DNA of 26,195 nt from Nitrosopumilaceae archaeon (GTDB lineage: Archaea; Thermoproteota; Nitrososphaeria; Nitrososphaerales; Nitrosopumilaceae): assembly GCA_037386265.1 (NCBI GenBank), contig JARRMG010000011.1:1-26195 (forward strand), given 5' to 3'. A model generated the notes under the pieces. The model was not told the origin of the DNA and did no database searches. It saw only the letters and a list, made by a program, of their open reading frames with translations. A program made the translations under genes and the position numbers. Shown here piece after piece: positions 1-7,987 of the stretch. Numbering within the stretch: position 1 is the stretch's first letter; each line of letters starts with the position of its first letter.

Positions 1-1
1 T

Positions 2-178
2 ATCCATAAACAAATTGTTTTATCTAATCAAAAACACAAATGTCAAAAATGTGGAATAAAATTCAATGTTGCACACTTGCCTAATTTTGGATACGCAGAT
101 GGAAATATTGCAAACAATGCAAGGACAAACCTTCAGATATTATGTAGCGAGTGTTCATCACAGGGAACAAAACCATGA
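2..178 (+). CDS. Partial (5' end outside window) HNH-like zinc-binding protein, probably catalytically degenerate
   Basis: Manual translation IHKQIVLSNQKHKCQKCGIKFNVAHLPNFGYADGNIANNARTNLQILCSECSSQGTKP*. It has CxxC...DGNxxNN...NLQILCxxC, the HNH scaffold, but no catalytic His. The stop overlaps the next ATG (ATGA at 175-178). Confidence 0.6.
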   Translation: MHKQIVLSNQKHKCQKCGIKFNVAHLPNFGYADGNIANNARTNLQILCSECSSQGTKP

Positions 179-282
179 ACTACAAATGCCCAAAGTGTAA
201 ATTTCATTGGCATGGAGACATGGATTCATTTGGAAAGGTCATCAAACATGAGAAAGAACATAAAAAGAAAGGTACAGCATGA
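175..282 (+). CDS. 35-aa C2H2-type zinc-finger microprotein
   Basis: Manual translation MNYKCPKCKFHWHGDMDSFGKVIKHEKEHKKKGTA*, with CxxC...HxxxH. ATGA overlaps on both sides. Confidence 0.7.
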   Translation: MNYKCPKCKFHWHGDMDSFGKVIKHEKEHKKKGTA

Positions 283-383
283 TGCTTATTTGCAACAAAT
301 GTTACAATGAACACCACGATCAGTGTATGGGAAAAGCAGGAATGTTTTCTTGTGGTTGTAAATGTCTAAAAGATGAAAAATAA
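279..383 (+). CDS. 34-aa Cys/His-rich microprotein
   Basis: Manual translation MMLICNKCYNEHHDQCMGKAGMFSCGCKCLKDEK*, with 6 Cys and 2 His. ATGA-coupled to the upstream ORF. Confidence 0.65.
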   Translation: MMLICNKCYNEHHDQCMGKAGMFSCGCKCLKDEK

Positions 384-484
384 TCTAAACCTGAAGAAAA
401 ATTCTATCTTTTAATCGATTTACTGAGTTCAATTCTGAATATTTAAAAAAACAATTTTGAAATTATTGTTTGGAATTGTGCGAA

Positions 485-919
485 TTAATGCTTCATGGTT
501 AGAACGTGGCAGTGCGCCTTGTGATGAATTTGGTTTATGATATCATCATGATGGTTTGCCTCTATCATTGAAAGTTTAGGATAATCAACCACTAACAAAT
601 CAATTTTGTGTTCTTTTACATAGTCAATAACCCAGTGAGCAATAGAATCGGTCAAAGCCAATTTTGTATTAATCTTCAACCCTTCCTTTAATGCTGAATC
701 CTTCCATTTTTTAAGCTCGTCGTTAATTTTCTTAATTTGATTTTCTGTGATTTTTTTGTCTGATTTTGTTTCAAAAAAATAAAATTTTGGAGGAATTTTG
801 TAAACACATTCTATTACAGATAAATTGGCACCAAGGTTTTTTGCTAGTCCCAATCCCATTTCAAAAGATTTTTTCGTGTGGGTAGGAGTAATTATAGCCA
901 CAGCGATATTTTTGAACAA
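485..919 (-). CDS. Universal stress protein (USP family)
   Basis: 144 aa. MFKNIAVAI N-terminus, 'IVDY.KEHKIDLLVV' region and C-terminal 'HCHVLTMK' match the USP fold pattern. Confidence 0.8.
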   Translation of the reverse strand: MFKNIAVAIITPTHTKKSFEMGLGLAKNLGANLSVIECVYKIPPKFYFFETKSDKKITENQIKKINDELKKWKDSALKEGLKINTKLALTDSIAHWVIDYVKEHKIDLLVVDYPKLSMIEANHHDDIINQIHHKAHCHVLTMKH

Positions 920-962
920 TTCTGACTGTTAAATCAAAATAGAAGTATATGAATTTGTTAGA

Positions 963-1100
963 TTAACTTAGTTCGTGAATCTTCTTTTCAAACTTGTCAA
1001 TCATTTCATTGACCATAAAGTCTCCGTCATGCATCGTATTTGTTCCAATTATCTTCTTCATTCTATCCATTGTTTCACTTGAAATTTGTAGTTGAACCAT
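963..1100 (-). CDS. 45-aa hypothetical protein, possibly ribbon-helix-helix-like
   Basis: Manual translation MVQLQISSETMDRMKKIIGTNTMHDGDFMVNEMIDKFEKKIHELS*. TATA-like TTTATATAA lies about 20 nt upstream of the ATG. Confidence 0.65.
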   Translation of the reverse strand: MVQLQISSETMDRMKKIIGTNTMHDGDFMVNEMIDKFEKKIHELS

Positions 1101-1189
1101 ACATTAGGTTACATTGATGGTTATATAAAGACAAGAATAGTTTTTGTTGCTGGGAATGCAGATTGATTTTTGTGAATGATGAAAATAAT

Positions 1190-1294
1190 CTATTGACAGC
1201 AACCGCAATTTTTGTGTCCTAAATGAGCACAATCATAACAATCACAGGTTTTAGATCTTTGATTTTTTTGTAATTTTTCTTTATTGATAGTCAT
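1190..1294 (-). CDS. 34-aa metallothionein-like Cys-rich microprotein
   Basis: Manual translation MTINKEKLQKNQRSKTCDCYDCAHLGHKNCGCCQ*, with 6 Cys and 2 His in the last 18 residues. Confidence 0.65.
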   Translation of the reverse strand: MTINKEKLQKNQRSKTCDCYDCAHLGHKNCGCCQ

Positions 1295-1378
1295 TTCTTG
1301 AATATTGTAGTATATCTAATTATTTTTTGTGAAGTTGAAAAATTTAACAATAAAAGGTAGATTCTATTTATTCTATCA

Positions 1379-2001
1379 TTGGATGAATGCTGGGCAAATC
1401 TAGATGGCCTTAACATAAGATATCTTGAATTCGGAAAATTGTATCGTTTCTGAAGGAAATTTCAATTCAAAAAGAGAAAATAAGTTTTGTGGGGCATTCT
1501 TTAGGAGGATACATTGCCTCAGAATTAGCGATTCAAAACCAAAACTATGTTCAAAAACTTGTTTTAATTGACTCATCAGGAATGCTAGAAAACCCAACTC
1601 CTGTTCTTGAAGAATATTTCGAAGCTGCAATGAATCCCACACAAGACAATGTAAGAAAAGCTTTTGAAAAAATGGTTGCAGACCCAAAACGAATTCCAAA
1701 GCAATTAGTTGACGGATTTATTCGTCGGATAAATTTGCCAAATGCCAAATACGCATTCGAATCAACTCTCGTAAATAGTGCAACTACTCAGATTGGATTA
1801 AACAGATTAAGAAAAATAAATCCTGTACCCACCTTAATCCTGTGGGGAGTTCATGATAAAGTAATTCCAATAGAACACTCTAAATTTTTTAAAGAGAGTA
1901 TTGATGATTCCAGACTTGAAATAATTGCAGATGCAGGACATGCACCATTTGCTGAAAAGCCTGATCAAGTGTGTAAATTATTAAGTGACTTTCTAATTTG
2001 A
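1379..2001 (+). pseudogene. Alpha/beta-fold hydrolase with apparent internal deletion and frameshift
   Basis: The C-terminal part (1441-2001) has the nucleophile elbow GHSLGG, LILWGVHD acid region and AGHAPF His motif. The N-terminal piece (TTG 1379: LDECWANLDGLNIRYLEFGK) is in another frame and stops at 1451-1453. The HG oxyanion loop and DLxGFG segment are absent between the two. Confidence 0.65.
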
Positions 2002-2034
2002 AAGTAAATTAACAGTTGATACGTGAATTCTGTC

Positions 2035-2232
2035 TTAAATTTCGAATTCTATTTTTAAATCTTGAACAAATATTCCAGTTTTACAACTTGGACAGGTGGA
2101 ATATTCTTTTGGAAAAGAAGCATGACAATTAGAACACAAAGTAGTGGATTCTAAATCAAGCAGTCCTAAATCCTGGGCTTCTTGTAAAAGTTCCATCGAT
2201 GTTGTTTGTTTTTGATTTTCCATAAATTTCAT
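2035..2232 (-). CDS. 65-aa zinc-ribbon protein
   Basis: CSNC...CPSC motif; GGAGGT Shine-Dalgarno-like site 6 nt upstream of the ATG. Confidence 0.7.
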   Translation of the reverse strand: MKFMENQKQTTSMELLQEAQDLGLLDLESTTLCSNCHASFPKEYSTCPSCKTGIFVQDLKIEFEI

Positions 2233-2460
2233 CTATATACCTCCAATATCTTTTCGAATTTTTTTGATTGGTCCTTAATTAGGCCCCTACATCTCATAAA
2301 CCAAATAATATCTTGATATTCAGTGGATTGATTTACGACATTCATGATATTCATAAGGTAGTAGAGCCAAACTTTACTTAAAGCAGATCATTTGTAATAT
2401 GTGATTTTTACTTGTAATTTTTAAAATTAAGGCTAGAAATTATTGTGTTAGAAAATGATA

Positions 2461-2604
2461 TTACAATAAACCCTTGTGTAGGATTTCGTTTAGAACTTTG
2501 GAAAAACTTATTGGTTCTTTGTATTCTTTGATAAATTCTTCTTGTATTTTGTGTAGTTTATCATCTACTTTGTTCTCAAGAACTATGGTTACTCTTTTAC
2601 CCAT
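2461..2604 (-). CDS. 47-aa ribbon-helix-helix-like protein (start revised from 2673)
   Basis: MGKRVTIVLENKVDDKLHKIQ...ISFSKVLNEILHKGLL. 20/47 identical to the ORF at 7152-7298, which supports the ATG at 2604. Confidence 0.75.
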   Translation of the reverse strand: MGKRVTIVLENKVDDKLHKIQEEFIKEYKEPISFSKVLNEILHKGLL

Positions 2605-2811
2605 AAACTCTTTCCAATTTTTCTTGCTTAAATTAATTAGTTTACAGCTTTGAACAAACAAAAGTGGAACCAAGATATAGAGTTTTTAAAATTTTTATCA
2701 CAAAAATTCATTCTTAAATAATTGATTCTAGGTAGTTTTGAAATTTAGTTAGGCTCGCTTTGTTTGTATAGTTTTTCATGTAGGGAGGAATTTTTTTATA
2801 ATTTTAAAACA

Positions 2812-2952
2812 TTAATTCTGATTACTCTCAATTTCAAATGAATTAGCACATTTTGGGCAAGGTGTGTTTATACCTTGAATTTTCTCAGTTGATTGAAAGG
2901 GAGATTCAAATGTATATTCACAATTGGGACATTTGAGAACTAGTGATGACAT
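2812..2952 (-). CDS. 46-aa zinc-ribbon microprotein
   Basis: Manual translation MSSLVLKCPNCEYTFESPFQSTEKIQGINTPCPKCANSFEIESNQN*, with CPNC...CPKC. Confidence 0.7.
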   Translation of the reverse strand: MSSLVLKCPNCEYTFESPFQSTEKIQGINTPCPKCANSFEIESNQN

Positions 2953-3346
2953 ACTGATATTTTTTTGTGTATAGTATATACATTTGTCGTAACTTTTGTT
3001 TACACTACTTTCAGTGATCTATCTTTTTGTTAATATGAAGAGAAAGTTGTATTATGTAAAAATTAATTAAGACGAGTTTTAAAACATATGAATTGCTTCT
3101 AGTGTGAATTAATTTTTTATAATTATTTTGATCATAAAATCTTGAAGGTTTTTCTTTCCGTATGGACTATACCAACTAGGTTTTGCCTACAAACCTTGTA
3201 ACGGCAAAGAATCGCCAAAAATCCGAGATTTATACTAAAATGGTTAAAAACATAGAACAGATAAAGCCAAATTTTCTTGAGTTGTATGGAAATCACCTAA
3301 GGAAAGTTAGAATTAACAATAAATTGTGTGCAGTCAAAGATAGTCT

Positions 3347-3733
3347 ATGGGCTTCTCTTACACTGTCAAAACTCAAAAAAATATAGACGATGTAATAGAA
3401 GAGATCAAGACAAAACTTTCAGAAATAAAATTTGGTGTTCTTGGAATACTGGATTTCAAAGAAATTTTTGCAAAAAAAGGGATCAGTTATCCTCATGACT
3501 ACAAGTTGTTAGAAGTATGTAATCCCCAAGCTGCCAAACAAGCACTGGATTCAAATCCAGACATTGGATTGTTACTCCCATGTACAATTGCAATATATGA
3601 AAAGGGTGGAGAAAATTATATCAGCTTGGCCAAACCTACCTCATTGCTTTCTGTTGCCTCAAATGCAGAGTTAGAATCCATGGGAAAAGAGATTGAAGAA
3701 AAACTAGTTGACGTAATTAATAATTCAAAATAA
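3347..3733 (+). CDS. DUF302 domain protein
   Basis: 128 aa with 'FGVLGILDFKE', 'LLEVCNP..AKQAL' and 'GLLLPCTIAIYE', typical of DUF302. Confidence 0.85.
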   Translation: MGFSYTVKTQKNIDDVIEEIKTKLSEIKFGVLGILDFKEIFAKKGISYPHDYKLLEVCNPQAAKQALDSNPDIGLLLPCTIAIYEKGGENYISLAKPTSLLSVASNAELESMGKEIEEKLVDVINNSK

Positions 3734-3815
3734 TATAGTAAATCTTTCAAAAAAATATCGAAAATACCGTCTGGAAAACTTAATTGCTTTGAAGTGATAT
3801 AATAAGCGGTTTAAA

Positions 3816-4211
3816 GTGGGGGAAAATCAGAATGTTTCTGCAGCCAATGAATTTAATAAAAATTATTTTTTTGAAAATATGAAAAAAAGCTATGATTTTT
3901 GGCATCAGATTTATGATGATTCGCCCATCAATATTTTCCTAATTTGGAAAAAAGCTTTAGAATCAAATTCAGAATTTGCTGCCAATTTTAAGAAAGCATG
4001 GGATAATAATACAAAAAAAGCAGAGTTTGATCTACAGCAGTTCTTAGAAATGTGGTCTGATTCCATTCGGGAATCTGATTTTAAAAAAGCAACTAAATCA
4101 GTTTCCCAATATTGTGTAAATGTTTCTGATTCTCAAACAAAACTGTATCTTGAGGTCCTTGAAATGTTGGAAAAATATTGGAGAAATATTCAAGATAAAA
4201 ACATAGAGTAA
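3816..4211 (+). CDS. Hypothetical helical protein, Trp/Phe-rich
   Basis: 131-aa ORF (GTG start) with amphipathic aromatic-rich helices; no family recognised. Confidence 0.6.
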   Translation: MGENQNVSAANEFNKNYFFENMKKSYDFWHQIYDDSPINIFLIWKKALESNSEFAANFKKAWDNNTKKAEFDLQQFLEMWSDSIRESDFKKATKSVSQYCVNVSDSQTKLYLEVLEMLEKYWRNIQDKNIE

Positions 4212-4312
4212 ATTTGAGGAATTCATTTTTGTTAAGAATAAAACCAAAAAACCGTTTAAACTTATAACGTCTATAAAAATCAAGAATGTTACACTAATCA
4301 GAATGAATTAAA

Positions 4313-4642
4313 ATGAATGAGTTAAACACAGTAATAGTATTTTTATTTGGCTTGTTCACTTCAGGAATAATAATTTATTTTGTAACAAAATTATTTGGTG
4401 AGAGCAAGGGAGTAGGAACAGCGATTTTTACTGCCCTCATAGGGACAATTGTTTATACTATTTCTTACTATTTGTTTGAAACAGGTTGGATAGCTGCAAT
4501 TGCAGCAGGAATTGTATGGCTTATCGCACTAAGTTCGATATACAAAATAGGCTTTCTGAAATCATTGGTGATATCAGTGGTAATTTGGATATCGGCCACA
4601 ATAGTGGGTTTCTTTTTACCAACTGTTTCTGGCCCCCTGTAG
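4313..4642 (+). CDS. Small integral membrane protein (about 4 TM)
   Basis: 109 aa with four hydrophobic segments. Confidence 0.75.
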   Translation: MNELNTVIVFLFGLFTSGIIIYFVTKLFGESKGVGTAIFTALIGTIVYTISYYLFETGWIAAIAAGIVWLIALSSIYKIGFLKSLVISVVIWISATIVGFFLPTVSGPL

Positions 4643-4680
4643 GGAAAAATTGAGTCTAAAGAAGTTTTAACAAAATAAAC

Positions 4681-5094
4681 TTACTGGATTTTCTCAACAT
4701 CTTCTAATTCAATCCCGCACATTGACATTTTAGAATTGAATGGTGTCTGGTGGGTAACTAGTGTCGTTTCTCCTGCACTAACCTCTACCAGTTTTGCTTC
4801 CTTGGACAGGTCTTGCTCTTTTTCATCCTTTAATGTTAGGTGAATCTCTAGTCTATAATCTTCCTCAAGATTATTCTGTACATTAAATTCAAATTCAACA
4901 ATTTCTAATACTTTCTCACATTTGATTGGACTAATTTCAAAATCATCAGGGTTGTTGCTTAATACAAGTATTGGGGGAGGGGATTCTGAATTTTTTGATT
5001 CTATCCCAAACTCACTGGCAGGTATTAAAAACAAGACAACAATAATTATTGCACCTATTATTCCCCCAATAACATATTTTGTTTTGGAAGACAC
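4681..5094 (-). CDS. Membrane-anchored exported protein
   Basis: 137 aa; N-terminal TM (YVIGGIIGAIIIVVLFLIP) then a beta-rich acidic domain with two Cys. Confidence 0.7.
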   Translation of the reverse strand: MSSKTKYVIGGIIGAIIIVVLFLIPASEFGIESKNSESPPPILVLSNNPDDFEISPIKCEKVLEIVEFEFNVQNNLEEDYRLEIHLTLKDEKEQDLSKEAKLVEVSAGETTLVTHQTPFNSKMSMCGIELEDVEKIQ

Positions 5095-5203
5095 AAAAAA
5101 AGTTCAGACCGTTGGGTATTAAATCTAAATGGTTAGACTTGTTTTTGGTAAAATTCGATTTTAATCAAAGGTTATAATCTAGAAACCACATGTAAATAGT
5201 AAT

Positions 5204-6526
5204 TTGTCGATTTCAAATAAACTTCAAATCTCAATGGTTATAGGTGCTGTAATCGCGTCTTTACTCTTCCAACCTTATGCCTTTGGGGATTCACAAACCG
5301 CTTCCTTACAAACGCCATTTGTTTTAAGTATAGATGACACGGCAACGATTGATTCGGGGTTAATAATCACCCTTCTGGGTATTGAAGAAGATTCAAGATG
5401 CCCTTTTGATGTTACTTGTGTTTGGGAAGGAAGTGTCAAAGCAGAGATAAATCTAGTGAACGGTCAAACAAATCTCGGAAATCACATCATTCCTTTAGCC
5501 GTTAAGGATGCAGATGCCCAAACTTTTGATGGCTATTTCATTAAATTGATGGAAGTGGAACCATATCCATTAAGCAGCACTCCCATCAAACCATCGGAAT
5601 ATGCAGTAACATTTCTAGTAACCAAAATCAAGGAGGCAAACATAGATTCTCCGCTAAAACAATTCAATTTTGGAGTTCCAATAAATGAAACCCAATGTAG
5701 AAACGATCTCATCCTGATTATCAAATCCAAAGATCTTACTCCAGCATGTGTTAAACCCAATACCGCAGAAAAGTTAATCCTTCGCGAATGGGCAGAACCA
5801 CTTGACAGTCCAATATCCATACAGCCAATAATTAAAACTGGAACAAATGCAGGGTTTTGTTTAGGATACTGTTTTACAGAGTTTGCCATAACTTCTGAAA
5901 AAATTGTTTACTCTAAAACGGGACGTGAATTTGTCTCTGATTCCTGGGTAGACTTACCTGAAAAAACAACAAATGTTCCAATATCCCAAGAAGAATGGAA
6001 AGAATTGGTAGATATAGTTGACTTTCAAAAATTTAATTCCTTACCAGATAGAATTGGATGCCCAGGTTGTGCTGATGCTCCTGTGGAGTGGATTGAAATT
6101 TCATATGGTGGAAAAACAAAAAAGATTGAATTTGAGGCAAGAGAATCGATTCCTGAAATTACCCAACTAATTATCAAGCTGCAAGAAATACGTAATCGGA
6201 CGGTGAGTTCCTTAATCGACAATTTTGAAGACTGTGTTGCTGCTGGAAATCCAGTTATGGAATCATACCCAAGACAATGCAGAGATAGTAGTGGACGAAA
6301 TTTTGTAGAAGATGTTAATCTCAAAATTATGAGTCCAGAGGCACAATGCCAAAACTACAATGGAACCTGGTTGCCAGATTTCAATGAATGTGAGGGAATT
6401 TCAGAGGAGCAATGCTCGTCGATGAATGGGAATTTCAACGAATGTGAATCTGCATGCCGACATATGCCTGATTCAGAAATGTGTACCATGCAGTGTGTCC
6501 AAGTCTGTGTAATTCCATTAAATTGA
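5204..6526 (+). CDS. Secreted multi-domain Cys-rich protein
   Basis: 440 aa; signal peptide and Cys modules CPFDVTCVWEG, ACVKP, AGFCLGYC, GCPGCAD, FEDCVAAGNPVMESYPRQC and a Cys-rich C-terminus. Confidence 0.8.
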   Translation: MSISNKLQISMVIGAVIASLLFQPYAFGDSQTASLQTPFVLSIDDTATIDSGLIITLLGIEEDSRCPFDVTCVWEGSVKAEINLVNGQTNLGNHIIPLAVKDADAQTFDGYFIKLMEVEPYPLSSTPIKPSEYAVTFLVTKIKEANIDSPLKQFNFGVPINETQCRNDLILIIKSKDLTPACVKPNTAEKLILREWAEPLDSPISIQPIIKTGTNAGFCLGYCFTEFAITSEKIVYSKTGREFVSDSWVDLPEKTTNVPISQEEWKELVDIVDFQKFNSLPDRIGCPGCADAPVEWIEISYGGKTKKIEFEARESIPEITQLIIKLQEIRNRTVSSLIDNFEDCVAAGNPVMESYPRQCRDSSGRNFVEDVNLKIMSPEAQCQNYNGTWLPDFNECEGISEEQCSSMNGNFNECESACRHMPDSEMCTMQCVQVCVIPLN

Positions 6527-6575
6527 TTTTGAGTTTTGAAATTACCTTGGAAGCAATAATTCTTAGATATGATAA

Positions 6576-6761
6576 ATGCCTGTAAATATCATGGCACTAG
6601 TTAAAACAACTAGGTTAAAAAAACAGGAAAATACCTATGACATCGAGATCCCAGAGGAATTGATCAACCAACTTGATTGGAGAGTTGGACATGTCTTAGA
6701 AATTAGTGAACAAGACAACAAATTAGTTATTGAAAAACTGCATGGATTTATGGGATCTTAA
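6576..6761 (+). CDS. AbrB/MazE/SpoVT-like DNA-binding protein
   Basis: 'IEIPEELINQLDWRVGHVLEISEQDNKLVIEK' fits the swapped-hairpin AbrB pattern. Confidence 0.75.
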   Translation: MPVNIMALVKTTRLKKQENTYDIEIPEELINQLDWRVGHVLEISEQDNKLVIEKLHGFMGS

Positions 6762-6805
6762 TCTCTGCATCTTTTTTCCCAAAAAGGGGTTTAAAATTTT
6801 GGAAA

Positions 6806-6940
6806 TTATATTGAAGAGCCCACTTTTACTATAATGTCTAACACTTGAACCATCAACCCAATCTTAGGGGAGTTTGAAAGGTTAGATATTCTATGTATTG
6901 ATTTCTTTCCAGACCTCCCAGCATCAGAGAAGTTTGTCAT
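6806..6940 (-). CDS. 44-aa hypothetical microprotein
   Basis: MTNFSDAGRSGKKSIHRISNLSNSPKIGLMVQVLDIIVKVGSSI*. AAGGAGGGG SD-like site upstream and ATGA overlap with 6937-7044. Confidence 0.45.
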   Translation of the reverse strand: MTNFSDAGRSGKKSIHRISNLSNSPKIGLMVQVLDIIVKVGSSI

Positions 6941-7044
6941 ATAAGCCCCTCCTTGATTTCAATTGTATCCATCTTTCTTGGTATTAATTGGCACAAGCCA
7001 CAGCCTTTCCAAGATGGAGTTGAAGTTTTGATGTATCGTTTCAT
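6937..7044 (-). CDS. 35-aa microprotein with CxxC
   Basis: MKRYIKTSTPSWKGCGLCQLIPRKMDTIEIKEGLI*. TATTAA box about 22 nt upstream. Confidence 0.5.
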   Translation of the reverse strand: MKRYIKTSTPSWKGCGLCQLIPRKMDTIEIKEGLI

Positions 7045-7151
7045 AGAGTTCTCTAAACAAAATTTGTTAATAATACTCACCAAGGATTTATTCATGTAAC
7101 ATATCCATTTATTCAAAAATTTGAAATGGATTTCTTTTTAGGAATAAACTT

Positions 7152-7298
7152 CTATTTCTTTAGGCTTGCGCGTACAACTTCATTTAAGATAGCAGAGAAA
7201 CTAATGGATTGAGATGAAACTCGGATTTGTTTTGCCTGAATTTCATGCAGCTTTTTTAGAAGATCCTCATCAAGCATTATTGTAATCCTTTTCTTCAT
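7152..7298 (-). CDS. 48-aa ribbon-helix-helix-like protein
   Basis: Manual translation MKKRITIMLDEDLLKKLHEIQAKQIRVSSQSISFSAILNEVVRASLKK*. Paralog of 2461-2604; GGGTGG SD-like site upstream. Confidence 0.8.
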   Translation of the reverse strand: MKKRITIMLDEDLLKKLHEIQAKQIRVSSQSISFSAILNEVVRASLKK

Positions 7299-7301
7299 CT
7301 C

Positions 7302-7400
7302 TTAACCACCCTCATCCAATTCATGGTTATTGCAAGTACAACCAGGATCTCTTATTTTCTTAGAGGCGCAACTGCAATCTTTGCAGCATCCATATTTCAT
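7302..7400 (-). CDS. 32-aa metallothionein-like microprotein
   Basis: Manual translation MKYGCCKDCSCASKKIRDPGCTCNNHELDEGG*, with 6 Cys and 1 His. Starts 1 nt after the upstream stop. Confidence 0.65.
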   Translation of the reverse strand: MKYGCCKDCSCASKKIRDPGCTCNNHELDEGG

Positions 7401-7401
7401 A

Positions 7402-7611
7402 TCAAGTAGACTCCAAGAATTCAGTGGAATTTTTTGTCATCTTTTTTTCATTCTTAAAGTGGCCTTGTAATTGAAAATAGATCACACTTGCCTGAATCTT
7501 TGATATTCCAAATCTTTCTTGTAAATATTCAATCATGGTAATTTCATTCATGATTTTACTCCCATTTGATGAATCTTGAAAGTTATTAGTAAGCACAGTT
7601 AAGAATTTCAT
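7402..7611 (-). CDS. 69-aa hypothetical protein, first gene of an operator-controlled operon
   Basis: ORF track; ATG lies 20 nt after the TAAATA box of the operator-TATA module at 7632-7658. Confidence 0.55.
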   Translation of the reverse strand: MKFLTVLTNNFQDSSNGSKIMNEITMIEYLQERFGISKIQASVIYFQLQGHFKNEKKMTKNSTEFLEST

Positions 7612-7631
7612 ATTTTACCTTATTAAATTTT

Positions 7632-7658
7632 TATTTAACCTTGCCTTAACAATGTTAT
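7632..7658 (-). promoter_or_regulatory. Operator-TATA module 1
   Basis: TTAACAATGTTAT at 7646-7658 (1 mismatch to the palindrome), 8-bp spacer, TAAATA on the minus strand at 7632-7637. Confidence 0.7.
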
Positions 7659-7752
7659 CTCCTGTAAACGGATGATTGCCCTAAATCTTTTCAAAAATAG
7701 AGAAAAATGAACATATGTACAGTATTCTTCCCAACCCATTTTTGTTCAAGTT

Positions 7753-7884
7753 ATGAATATTGATGGCATGATCTTACAAGAATTTCGGGAATGTCAAAGC
7801 TGTAAAAAATATGGCTATAGCATTCCATTAAAACTCGAGGAGTCGGGTCGTTGGGTTTGTCCTATGTGCGATTATGATTATTGA
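7753..7884 (+). CDS. 43-aa zinc-ribbon microprotein
   Basis: Manual translation MNIDGMILQEFRECQSCKKYGYSIPLKLEESGRWVCPMCDYDY*, with CQSC...CPMC. Confidence 0.65.
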   Translation: MNIDGMILQEFRECQSCKKYGYSIPLKLEESGRWVCPMCDYDY

Positions 7885-7987
7885 TTTTCATAATTCTATC
7901 CTTTTGTAGTCTATAGCAGGATTATGAATTCGAAATTGCTTTTTAAGGCAACGGTCGGTTTGTTTTATATTAGTTTCAAGAATAAGC

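Noticed and set aside
963-986. Weak operator-like matches TTAACTTAGTTCG (963), TTAACATGGTTTT (about 14333) and TTAACTAAGTTTT (25974)
   Set aside because: Each has two mismatches, overlaps a coding sequence or its stop, and lacks a TATA box at the 8-bp spacing.
2230-2354. Chain of ATGA-coupled 20-22 aa ORFs (MNIMNVVNQ..., MRCRGLIK...) upstream of 2035-2232
   Set aside because: Too short and without motifs; may be a frameshifted remnant, but cannot be supported.
3183-3386. 67-aa ORF overlapping DUF302
   Set aside because: TTG start, no motif, overlaps the DUF302 start by 40 nt; probably spurious.
3816-4211. PhaE- or phasin-like identity
   Set aside because: Only general amphipathic Trp/Phe-rich composition; no phaC nearby and no diagnostic motif.
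6576-6761. Type II toxin-antitoxin pair
   Set aside because: No co-oriented PIN, MazF or RelE-like ORF adjoins the AbrB-like gene.
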